DNA from: Camelus dromedarius
Taxonomy: Eukaryota
Assembly: GCF_036321535.1 (NCBI RefSeq)
Contig: NC_087451.1
Span: forward strand, 31,558,001 to 31,622,000
Length of the DNA stretch: 64,000 bases
Direction: 5' to 3'
Positions within the stretch are counted from its first letter, which is position 1; each line of letters opens with the position of its first letter. Below the pieces are notes generated by a model. The model was not told the origin of the DNA. It ran no database searches and worked only from the letters and a program-made list of their open reading frames with translations. Positions 39,401 through 53,206 of this stretch are shown one piece after another. A program made the position numbers and the translations under genes.

Positions 39401-42400
39401 AGATCCAGAACAGTGAGGGGCACTGGCAGAATCAGGAGCTCCACTGGAGGAACAAAGTGTGTTCATCCCTCCAGCTCCACCGGCAGGGCCCCCGCGGTCC
39501 CGGGCAGGGCCCGCCGGGAGAGCCGCACGTGGGCATGCTCACTGCAGGGCCGGGCGTGGGGCCTGGGGGGCCGGGGGGGGCTGCTGCTGTTCTCTCTNNN
39601 NNNNNNNNNNNNNNNNNNNNNNNNNNNNNNNNNNNNNNNNNNNNNNNNNNNNNNNNNNNNNNNNNNNNNNNNNNNNNNNNNNNNNNNNNNNNNNNNNNNN
39701 NNNNNNNNNNNNNNNNNNNNNNNNNNNNNNNNNNNNNNNNNNNNNNNNNNNNNNNNNNNNNTCCTATTCCTCTCCTCTTCCCTCCTCCTCCACCGTGTGT
39801 TCGCTCACGTGGCAGGGCAGAGCCACCAACCCCCCAGAGGGCCTTGGGAGCAACCCTGAGAGGGGAGCAGGGGTGGGCACTGCAAGTCCTTGGGGCCGCT
39901 GACCCCGCTGGCTCAGGGACAGGTTTCGTGGCCCTCGGCCCGGTCCTGTCTGGTGGACGGCAGCTCTGCCCTTCCTGAGGCTTCCCACTCCCTCCCCTCC
40001 CTGTCTCTGTCCTTATCTCCTGTTTGAACTCAGAGAAAGTTCTTTGTCACGGGCAGCCCTTTCACGCTCAGACCAGCAGTGGCAGGACCAAGCCACTCAG
40101 GCCTCCTGGCCGCTCCCCTCCCCACCGCGACTTTAGAAAGGGGAGCCAGTATGCCGTGTCCCTCCCTCCTTCCCATCAGAGGAAGGACAGCCCCGCCCTG
40201 GTGGGCCAGACCCTCCTTCAAAAGAATGACCCTGGGGGACAAAAGAAGGCTGTCCCCATTCACTTGGCAGTGACATTTCTTTAACTGAATCGCTCCCCGA
40301 ATGTGGTGAGACATACCCCCTGGGCTGAGCATCAGACTCTTGAAGCTTCCAGAAGCTCTTCAGAACCCTCTTTGGTCCTCACAGCTTTCTCTTAGCCTTC
40401 GGGAAACCAGCTCCCAAGGATGGTCCTGGACACTGCAAGTCAGGCTTGAAATGGCTGTTCCCAAGGTGGTCTGAGGCAGAGGAGGGGCTCAGAGCCCTCC
40501 CCATGCCCCTTCCCCTCCACCCCATCTCACATTCCCCCCCGGAGATTGAGGGCTTCTTCCCAGTCCCCCGAGGGCAGCCGCCCCACCCCTGGATAAACGC
40601 TGCTTGTGTTTGCGGCCAACGTCTCGCTAGGTCACGAGCATGATTTCCGAGTAAAGCACCTGTCCGAGGCCCTGAACGACAAGCATGGGCCGCTGGCCGG
40701 TGAGTACCGCAGCCCAGCCCAAGGGCAGCCGCTCTGCGTTCACGGCAGTCCCCAGAGGGCCTGCTCCGGCCTGGCCCAGCCAGGCCATTCTGCTCCGAGG
40801 ACCAACCGGGCCTACTCGCCTCTCTCTCTCCAGTCTCTCTCTCTTTTGGGCACCAGGTCTCCTTGCCTCTCTCCAGACAGGAGTGCATTCCTGGCTCTCA
40901 GGGTCTGGGCCAAGGGGAGAAGTTTCTGCTACTCAGAAGGCGGGCAGAGAGGGAAGGTAGCCCCTGAAGGGCAGGGAGCTCCGACATCTGATTCCAGCCA
41001 CAGCTCCAAAGCTCTGACTCCTCAGAGCTCATCCCTTGCATGTAGGACCAGGTTGCCTGCAGGCATCCCTGCCCCGGCCTCCAGTATAGGGATTCGGTCT
41101 CCTCCTGGGACAGCTGACAACCAAGGAGCCCTCCCTTCCTGGGGCTCACGTTGCCTCTTCTCCAGTTTTGACTCCATGCCAGCTAGCCTCGTGGACCAGA
41201 GCCCACCACCTTTTTATATGTTCTAGGAGGCCTGGCTGGCTGGTAACTGCCTTCAGAGGCTCAGCATTTTCTGAGATGGATAACCACGGTGCCTGCCTTC
41301 TTGAGGTGGACACTGCCACCTGCCCATCCCTTGCTGTCCTCCTCCCAGTACAATTCAGAATCCTCGGTCCTGAGGTCAGACAGACCTTATCCAGGAAGTT
41401 GATTGAGGGATCTTCTTATCCTTCTATCCGTCTCCCCAACGCCTAATACGCGACACTCCGGAACTTAAATACTGTCCTTAGCAGAGCTGGAGAAGAAGCC
41501 AGGACAAAGGCTGGACTTAGCCCGTTTTTCCCCTTGAACCCTGTCGGGCTGGCTGGAGGCCTTTCAGCTTTTCTGCCAGAGCAGTCTTCCTCCCCATCTG
41601 TTACCGGTCTGGCTACAAGCCAGGAGCTCGGGAGACTCATGCCCCCCAAGCAGGGAGAGGGGCTGCCCCCAAAGCAGCAGCTCAGGGGCACTGCTGTCCC
41701 CCCAGGGAGAGATGACGTGCTGGACGTGGAGACCGATGCCTACATTCACTGCATCAGTGCCTTTGTCAGGCTGGCCCAGAGCGAGTACCAGCTGCTGACG
41801 GACGTCATCCCTGAGCACCATCAGAAGAAGACCTTTGACTCTTTGATACAGGTCCTGTCTCTCCCCGCCCCACCCCTGGGCCCTGACCAGATGCCCAAGC
41901 AAGAGCTGACATTGCAGAAACTTGAGTTTAAGCCAGGCCTGTGGTTCATGGCCCTCAACTCAGCTACCACCTCCACCTCCCATCCTGGGCAATCTGTCCT
42001 GGGTGGCATGTCTGGGTTGTACCTCCCCATCAGAGGTGTACTTCCCCCATGGCCCTCCAGGTGCCCTCAGTGTCCCTGGGAACCAGCTGTCTGCCCAGTC
42101 CCCTGAGCCGTCTCCATGCACCTCACAGGACGCCCTGGACGGGCTGATGCTGGAAGGGGAGAACATTGTGGCTGCTGCCCGGAAGGCCATCATCCGACAC
42201 GACTTCTCGGCAGTGCTCACCGTCTTCCCCATCCTGCGGCACCTCAAGCAGACCAAGCCTGAGTTTGACCAGGTGCTCCAGGTACATGAGTGAGGAGGCC
42301 CTGGGGGACACCAGGAGTTGGAATCCTGCCACCCGGCTTGCTTCTGTTCAGAGGGTGAATGGAAGCAGCCTCCTCAGGGCCCCAGGCATGTGGAGGGACT

Positions 42401-45400
42401 CGCAGGGTGAGCGAAGAAGAGACCATCCCCTGGGGTGAACGCCAGGGAAGCAGCTGGGAAGGAGCGGGGCTCCACACACAGCCTGCAGCCGAGGGCCGGG
42501 CTGGGGCTCTGGACCGCCGTGCAGCCTTGTGCTTCCTCAGGGCACGGCCGCCAGCACCAAGAACAAGCTGCCCAGCCTCATCACCTCAATGGAGACTGTT
42601 GGAGCCAAAGCGCTGGAGGACTTCGCTGACAACATCAAGGTGCTCTCCCTCCCTCCCACTGCCACCCAGGCAGCCCACAGGGCTGTGGGCAGGGCCACCA
42701 GTGACCTGGCCAGGGGCAGGCCTGCCCTGTAGGGAAGCCGACTGTGCCACTAGTCTGTCTGTCCCCATGTGCCTCCCTTTCTTTCCCAGGGGCTCCAGAG
42801 GCCCCACCCCAGGCGTCAAGTTCCTGCCCCACTTTTCCCATCATGTCTGGCTCCCCTTTTTGCCCAAGGTGGGGGTCCTGACACCTGCTGGCCAGGAGGT
42901 GGCGCCATAAGCCAGCCGACTGGGGCATAGGGTTGGCTCGGGCCTTTTTGGGAGCTGCTTGAGGCAGTTAGGCTGTTTTTCCCGCAGAATGACCCGGACA
43001 AGGAGTACAACATGCCCAAGGATGGCACCGTGCACGAGCTCACGAGCAATGTAGGTGCTGCTCCAGGACAGCTGGGGAGGGAGGGAGCCCAGCCTGGCCC
43101 AGAGCCTTCAAGGGTGTGCAGCTGGCAGGACAGACTGGGAAATGCTTAGTGCCTCCTGCAGACAGGGCCTTTCCCAGCAGGCCGAGTCCACAGGGTGAAG
43201 CTTGAAGTTTGCAGCCACGCTTTCCACTGAACAGACCCCCAGCCCTGCATTCCTGGAATGGTCAGAGGGGATGAATTGTGGGAGGTGATCCGAACTTTGG
43301 GTCCTGCCCTTGACCTTCTTTCTGGACCCGTCTGTCCCTTCGCAGGCCATCCTCTTCCTGCAGCAGCTCCTGGACTTCCAGGAGACGGCGGGCGCCATGC
43401 TGGCCTCCCAAGGTACTTGGCACTCCCAGTGGGGCCCCGTGCCCCATTCCTCTCCCTTGCATAGAGATGTGGGATTGGGCCCCCCAGGGGCACTGGCCAC
43501 CTCTCGGTGAGGAGATTTCCCCCCTGCCCTGTGGAGTGGGAAGGAGATGTGGCCTGTGGGGGAACCCCTGAGCTACCTGGGCTGAGCATCAGGAGAGCAG
43601 GGTTTGACCACCCCTCCTGGCCCCTTCCACCATCCTCACTCTGGAGAGCAGAACTCACTTGTTTGAAAGTGCCTTTCCCACCCCAGCCCTCCTTCTGCAT
43701 TTCCCCACCTCTTGTGTCGCCTGTCCTCCTAATTGGTCTCACACATCTGACCCTTGCAGTGGGCTGGCATCTCAGGGCCAGCCTGCTGTCTCGCTGGGAC
43801 CGCTGCCCTGGGACTGGGGCTCGGGAGGTGAGCGCATGGGGAAGAGCGTGCTTCCGAGCACTGAGACCAGCCCAGCTTGTTGGGCTGCCGGGCCCTCGCT
43901 TTCCACCCTGTTTTGGGGACAGGGAGCCACGGGGCAGCCTCTGGCCTGCAGTTCTCTAGATGTCTACTTCCCACTGTGTCCTGGGTCTTCAGGGGTCCAG
44001 CCCAGGCTGTCCAGCTGTGTTCTGGCGTCGTGGGGAGTGGTCTGCTTGAGTCGGGGTGGCGCTGCCGTTTCTAACCTGTTTTTGCACTTTGCATCTTTCT
44101 CCCTCCTTTGTCTCTCCCTCCTTCCCCTCTGTGCGCACTGCTTCTCACTCCGTAGTTCTTGGGGACACATACAATATTCCTTTAGACCCCCGAGGTAAGC
44201 AGCAGGGCTCTGCAGCCCCATCCTCCCCCTCCGAGGCCCCATGGGTGAGGTTCCCTGGGGACAGAGGCACCTGGACAGACTTAGGACCCATTGGGGAGCT
44301 GGGTCAGAGGGGACACAGGTTCCTGTAGGGTGCTCCCAACCCTCTCAGCTCTCTGAAAGCCACTTTCTGTCTCTGGGCTTCTCCAGGCAGCATCCTGCTG
44401 TGTCCAGCATGCTGAGTACACCCCCAGGCTGGTCCAGCACCTCCCTGTCCCCTCTCCCATCCACTCTCCTCCCTGCTCAGCCTTCTGCTCTGTGCAGGCA
44501 GCAAGTCTCCTCTGTTCACACGGGCCTGGTAGAGGAGGCTGTAGGCAGTGCACAGGCCGTGGGGAGCCTGTGCTAAGACTCTGCAGTTGGCAAATGGGAT
44601 AAGTGGGCCTCGTAGATACCACCCAGCCTGGGTCGGGGGATGGGGGGCAGAGGTGTCCCACTCCTGTCCTGCCGGCCTTCCTCCTGATCCTGGGCCAGTT
44701 TATTAACCACACCACTCGTGACCATAGAGGGGCCTGCCCTGGGTTCCAGAAGAGTCCAAGAGTCCTACAGCAGGAGGGGAGCCCTGCCGCTCGCACACCC
44801 CCAGCTTTGCCGGAGTTAGGCTCAGGGGCCCTCCCAGGGTCTCCTCAGCTGCTCCTTGGGCCCAGGGGAGGCCAGAGAGGGTCTCTGCTGCCACTGCCCG
44901 CACCGCAGCAACAGGACGTCTCCCCTCACAGAGACCAGTTCTTCAGCCACCAGCTACAGCTCCGAGTTCAGCAGGCGCCTTCTGAGCACCTACATCTGTG
45001 AGTCCGCCAGCTGCCCCCAGAGCCCAGACTCCCCACCTTTTCCCTTCCTTTTTGTGCCTTCCTGCTAGTCCCGGTCCCGCTCCTGAGCCCCCCGACCTTT
45101 GGAATTGCACCCTAACCTCTAGTTCAGGGGCCACAGGGCCTGGGCAGAGGGCTCCCGAGGCTGTTGTGGGGTCTGGAGTCAGGGAGGGATGAGGAGTAAC
45201 AGGTGGGAGTTGGTTTGTGGGTCATTTTGGTCAGACTGCCAGGGTAGGCGTGCCCACATCCTCCCCTGTGCAGGTAAAGTCCTGGGCAACCTGCAGTTGA
45301 ACTTGCTGAGCAAGTCCAAGGTGTATGAGGACCCAGCTCTGAGCGCCATCTTCCTGCACAACAATTACAACTACATCCTTAAGGCCCTGGAGAAGTAAGT

Positions 45401-47476
45401 GGCCCCCAGTGCTAGTCTGCAGCTCCCACCTGCCCCTCCCTGGCTTCCCAGGACTGGCCACGCCCTCCTGTGTCCAGGTGGGGAGGGCTCTGCTTTACCC
45501 TTCGCAGCCCCAGGACCCAGGGGGTGGGAGGCAGGCCCCACTGGGGTGGCTACAGGGGCTGGCAGCCTTTGGGCCCTAGAGCCAACTCTGTCCTCCTCTC
45601 CCCTGCTCCCACCCTAGGTCTGAGCTGATCCAGCTCGTGGCGGTGACCCAGAAGACTGCCGAGCGTTCCTACCGGGAGCACATCGAGCAGCAGATCCAGA
45701 CCTACCAGCGCAGGTGGGCCCCTGGCTGACCTCCCATTCCTGCCCCCTCCCCTCCCCCAACCTTGGAGCCACCACTCACTCTTCCTTCTCAGAGCTTCAG
45801 GACACTGGGCCCAGTCAGAGGCGGGTCAGCAGCTGTCTTGTGGACCCCAATCCTCTGCTTTTTTTCAATCACATTCATGGCATGGAGCAGGAGGCCCCCT
45901 TCCCCACCACTCCCTGTGCCCTAGGGGGCCACTTTGCCAGCCTCTTCAAGGGTAGTCTGCCAAGGGTGACACCTAATAGTTAAAGGGCTGACAGAGATGC
46001 GGGTGACATTTAGGCCAAGCAAAGAGCAAGACTGCAAGAGGAGTTGAACTTGGCTGAGCCTCGCTCTGTGGTGGTCTCTCTGCTCCTCTCCTCCTGCTTC
46101 TTAGTTTGTGTGTGTCTGTCTCTCTGTGTGTTTCTTCCTCATTGGTGTGTCTCCCCCTCCCTTCCCATTTGTCTGTCGTCTGCTCCCTCCTTTCTTTCTC
46201 ATCTTAATTGGCCACGATATCGATATGAAGTGTAGTTGGTGTTTGTTCAATGTATTGAGCGCTCTATTTCCTGTTCTTAATTGTAAAACTGAGCAGCTTG
46301 AACACTTTTATTCCCAAGGAAAAATCTCAGCTGTGTTTTGCTTCATTGTGACCCAGATTGATCCCGCCTTCCCCCCTCCCCCAGTAGAGCAAGAGATTTA
46401 AAAAACAATAAAACCAACCAGCCCCAGGGAAGGAGCAGCTACCTGAGGCTGTCCCTTCTCTGCTGCTTCTCTCCCTGCCTGGCAGTTGGTTAAAGGTGAC
46501 TGACTACATCGCTGAGAAGAACCTACCTGTGTTCCAACCCGGAGTCAAGGTGGGCTGAAGGCCTGGGCCGGAAAGGGATGTCTAGCAGATGGGATGCTTT
46601 CTGTTGTGTTTCTGGGGTTAAAAATAGACAAGCTCCCAACTGGGATGAGAGAGTAAAAGATGTCTAGGGTGGGAGTGGGGGAGGGTATAGCTCAGTGGTA
46701 GAGTGCGTGCTTAGCATGCATGAGGTCCTGGGTTCAATCCCCAGTACCTCTATTAAAAAAAAAAAAAGCCATCAGGGCAGCAGGAGAGGGCTGGGCTTGG
46801 GTGTCGGGAAGGAGCAGGGGCAAGGCAATCCTGCTCTGAGGACCGCTGTCTCTGCTGTCTCCCCCATCCCCCCAGCTCCGGGACAAGGAACGGCAGATGA
46901 TCAAGGAGCGGTTTAAGGTGAGTTGGGAACCTCTCCCCTCCACTGCCTGCTGCTGCTCTCGTAGCAACACTTACCCAAACGTTTGCCTCTGGGTGGATTC
47001 CATTTCCACCTTTTTGGTGGCCAGGGCTTCAATGACGGCCTTGAAGAATTGTGCAAGATCCAGAAGGCCTGGGCTATTCCCGACACAGAGCAGAGGGACA
47101 AGATCCGCCAAGCCCAGAAGAACATTGTTAAGGAGACCTACGGGGCCTTTCTGCACAGGTGAGCCTCTGTCTCCGCCTTTCCGTCTCTATACTCCCCACT
47201 TCCCCAAGCTGGGCCCCTGTGCTCTTCTTCAGGCAAACATGGAGACGGTGGTGGGTTGGGCGGCAGAGCCAATGTGTGAAGCCAGACGGGCATCGCCTCA
47301 CCAGGAGGGGCTTAGGCTGAGGAAGAGCTGTGGAGGGGCTCGGCCTCCCCCGCTGACCTCCGCGCCCTGTCAGGTTTGGCAGCGTGCCCTTCACCAAGAA
47401 CCCTGAGAAGTACATGAAGTACCGCGTGGAGCAGGTGGGCGACATGATCGATCGCCTCTTTGACACCTCCGCCTGA
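30093..47476 (+). CDS. EXOC7: Exocyst complex component 7 (Exo70)
   Basis: Core exons 30093-30152, 30355-30420, 31424-31608, 31805-31910, 34524-34746, 36598-36765, 41706-41851, 42129-42281, 42541-42639, 42988-43050, 43346-43412, 44932-44997, 45274-45394, 45618-45713, 46486-46549, 46876-46917, 47025-47158, 47374-47476. All are GT-AG and total 1962 nt (653 aa), [20 protein letters not shown]...DRLFDTSA*. Confidence 0.98.
30790..31000 (+). mobile_element. MIR fragment
   Basis: taactctgagcctcagtgaactcgtctgctaaaacagag...acagtgcctggtgtacagtaggtactcaataaat. Confidence 0.6.
32140..32535 (-). mobile_element. L1 3'-end fragment containing an internally deleted tRNA-Ala SINE (about 32200-32334)
   Basis: L1-like aaaatacataatgtaac...cagtgacgttcagtacattcatgc; SINE remnant aggtactggggattgaacccaggacc...ctataccctcc. 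Confidence 0.7.
32551..32789 (-). mobile_element. 5'-truncated younger L1 3' end with TSD
   Basis: T-rich tail at the left; 14-bp direct repeat TGCATTCATGTTTT at 32537-32550 and 32790-32803. Confidence 0.7.
33560..34250 (-). mobile_element. L1M 3'UTR fragments
   Basis: tattgagatgttttattcacataccataaaatttacccatttaaagt...ttcaagtttcatccacacggtagcctgtgtcagt. Bounds approximate. Confidence 0.7.
34860..34960 (+). mobile_element. tRNA-Ala-derived SINE
   Basis: GGGAACAGCTCAGTGGTAAAGTGTATGCTTATCATGCACAAGGTTCTGGGTTCAATCCCTAGTACCTCCA plus an A-rich tail. Confidence 0.8.
37403..37414 (+). CDS. EXOC7: Candidate 12-nt EXOC7 microexon (VCAP)
   Basis: cccctgtag|TCTGTGCTCCAG|gtaaac; phase 1-1, in frame. Confidence 0.4.
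40631..40699 (+). CDS. EXOC7: EXOC7 alternative 69-nt exon ([23 protein letters not shown])
   Basis: ctag| acceptor, |gtgagt donor, phase 1-1, in frame. Confidence 0.92.
44156..44194 (+). CDS. EXOC7: EXOC7 alternative 39-nt microexon ([13 protein letters not shown])
   Basis: Long polypyrimidine tract, ccgtag| acceptor, GAG|gtaagc donor, phase 1-1, in frame. Confidence 0.9.
46677..46767 (+). mobile_element. tRNA-Ala(AGC)-derived SINE, best-preserved copy
   Basis: GAGGGTATAGCTCAGTGGTAGAGTGCGTGCTTAGCATGCATGAGGTCCTGGGTTCAATCCCCAGTACCTCTA, then TT and an A13 tail. Confidence 0.88.
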
Positions 47477-48415
47477 GCTGCCACCCCTGCCTGGCCCTGC
47501 CAGACCAGCCATGTTATTGGCCAGATAAACCAGTGTTAACCTGCGCCTGGGCCCGGTGAGTCTGGTGTCCTTTGAGACAGGGGTCTTTCTTCGCCACCCC
47601 AGCCAGGAGCCCTGTCCCTGAGTCCTCGAGTCCTGGTTTGCGCTTCCTCTCACAGCCCCCGTTCCCACCAAAGCCACACTCTCCCAGAACACTGGGGTCC
47701 TTTCACACCTGGAGTTTTCTGACCCTGAGCACAGCCTGCAGGGGCCACGTGATGGCTTCAAGACAAGAAGGACAGAGAAGGAAGACAGACAGAGGTCTGT
47801 GCCCACAGCTGCCTCTGCATACAAGAGTAGGAGGGCAGGGAAGCCCCCCTGCAGCCCAGCTCAGAGCTGGGGAGGGAGAACTCTCGCTTCAGCCCAGTGG
47901 GGGTTGGGCTCGGAGGAGCAGGCCACATCTCAGCCAGAGGGCTTGGAGAAAAGCAAGCAGGATTGACCTGCCCTCGAATTCAGTGCAGAGACACATTCCC
48001 GATCACTCGCAGCCCTGTCTGGGCTGTTCTGTTCCCAAGGAGTCCCTGGCCCCCAGCCGATGGCTGGAGCCGGGGTGCTCTCTCCCCATGCCCTCTGAGG
48101 TCCAGCACACCCCAGGAGTTCAGAGAAGGAGTTCTGACCACCCTGGGCAGCCAGACACTCAGCGCCTGTGTCCCGGTCCCCAGTACCTTCTGGCCCGGAG
48201 CCAAGAAGCAGTGGTTGCACAAGGCACAGTTAGGCCACTAAGTGTGGGGACTGGGTGATGCGTGGACAATGGTGAGATGCTCAGGGGCAGAGTGGGGGTC
48301 GAGGCCGCGAGACGGGGCCCCACCTAGTTTGACAAGAGCGAACAGTGTGAACAAGTGTGAAGCGTGAGCTCAGTGAAAACAGACCACTGAGGCACCGGGG
48401 CGCTTGGGCGATGGG

Positions 48416-48421
48416 TTTATT
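48416..48421 (-). terminator. Probable ZACN polyadenylation signal
   Basis: TTTATT on + (AATAAA on -), 150 nt past the ZACN stop. Confidence 0.65.
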
Positions 48422-48570
48422 CCACATTCTTCGCTTCCATGCTAACCAGAGGGAGAGCTCAGCACGGCCTGGGGTCCTCCAGGCGTCAGGAAGAGAGTCG
48501 GCCTCCCTCCGCCTCTCTCCAGAGACCCCGTCAGAGCCCTCTCCCACATCTGCAGCCTGGGCCCTGCCCG

Positions 48571-51951
<3,381 letters not shown>

Positions 51952-53111
51952 TCAGTCACTTCTCTGGGGGACCTAGCAGTTGGTTCGAGGCAGCCGTTCT
52001 GTGCAATGACCCTGGAGCCTTGGAGTTGGCACACCCCCACCCTGGTTCTGCAAACACCTGAAGACAAAGCCCAGGACCCAGCCCCGCCCACCTTGCACCT
52101 GCCTAGGCTTCCCTGTCCCGCTCCATTTCCACCACCTGGAACCAGTTACCACGTTCAAAGCCCACCAAGCAGACCAGGCAAGCATGGGACCCCTCCCCCT
52201 TGCCACACACTCTGTGACATGATCCTTCCAACCTGGGCAGGTGCAGCCTGTGTTTCCATAGCAGGTGCCCTCCTGGCTAAGTACCCAAGTCCTCACCAAA
52301 GTGCCCTCTGCTCAACGATGTGAGGTGGGCACATCCTGCCGCTCCTTAAACACCAATCTGATTTTATGGAAAAACAAACAAACAAAAAAAAACCTTGGCT
52401 CAAGAACTCTAGGAGTAGGGCAAATCTGGGAATAGGAAGAGTCTAACTCCTGACCAAAGCCCTGGGACATTTCTATTCTGGACTGGATTCTCAGCCTCCC
52501 TAGTTCAGCAGTGCCTTAGAACGGCTGCTCTGCACCTTGGAGTAGGACTGGTGGGTGTTAGGGTGGCTTTCCTGGCCCAAGGATAAATGGAACCAGTGGA
52601 GACCAGGTCCCAGAGAGCTGCAGCAAGGAAAGGAGACTCCAAGGCTGAAAGTGGATAGGCACTGATCTGGCTGCCCAAATCGAAGAGGCCCCAGGGAGCT
52701 GAGAACAGGCGAGGACCCGTCACACCGGTGCACAAACGCTACTGGGAACACACATAGTGTCTAAATCTCATCCACCTAACTTGATCGAGCGCGCTAAAAC
52801 ACTGTCTGCCTTTGTCGCACGCACTAGCGGCTGCTGGTTCGCAGATCTATATACACCTGTCGCCTCCGCATGGCCATGTGCAAAGAGCCTTAGGCCGTCC
52901 TGCGCTCCCCAGCCTCAGGGATGTCTACGTGGATTTTAACTCTGCTGCCTTCAGTGCCACCGCCCTTTTCCCTCGTAACTCGGCAAAGCACCCAGCACTC
53001 ATTCATCCAGAGCTCCCCTGTGAAGTCCCGGAGGCTTCCTACCACGGAGCCTCATGACCATGAGAGATGCGGAGACACAGCGCGTCACTGCACATGAAAT
53101 GGTTTGCGTGT

Positions 53112-53117
53112 TTTATT
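53112..53117 (-). terminator. Probable GALR2 polyadenylation signal
   Basis: TTTATT on +, about 75-90 nt past the stop. Confidence 0.7.
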
Positions 53118-53206
53118 AACAGATGACACTTCCTCCACGATCCCCCGACCTCTGACTCCAATTTTTTAACACCCAAGCATACCCCCTACTCAGGTCACAT
53201 TAACTG

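Noticed and set aside
46681-46752. tRNA-Ala(AGC) gene
   Set aside because: It has an A tail, CpG-decay substitutions and six related copies in the window (at least one with a clear TSD), so it is a SINE and not a tRNA gene.
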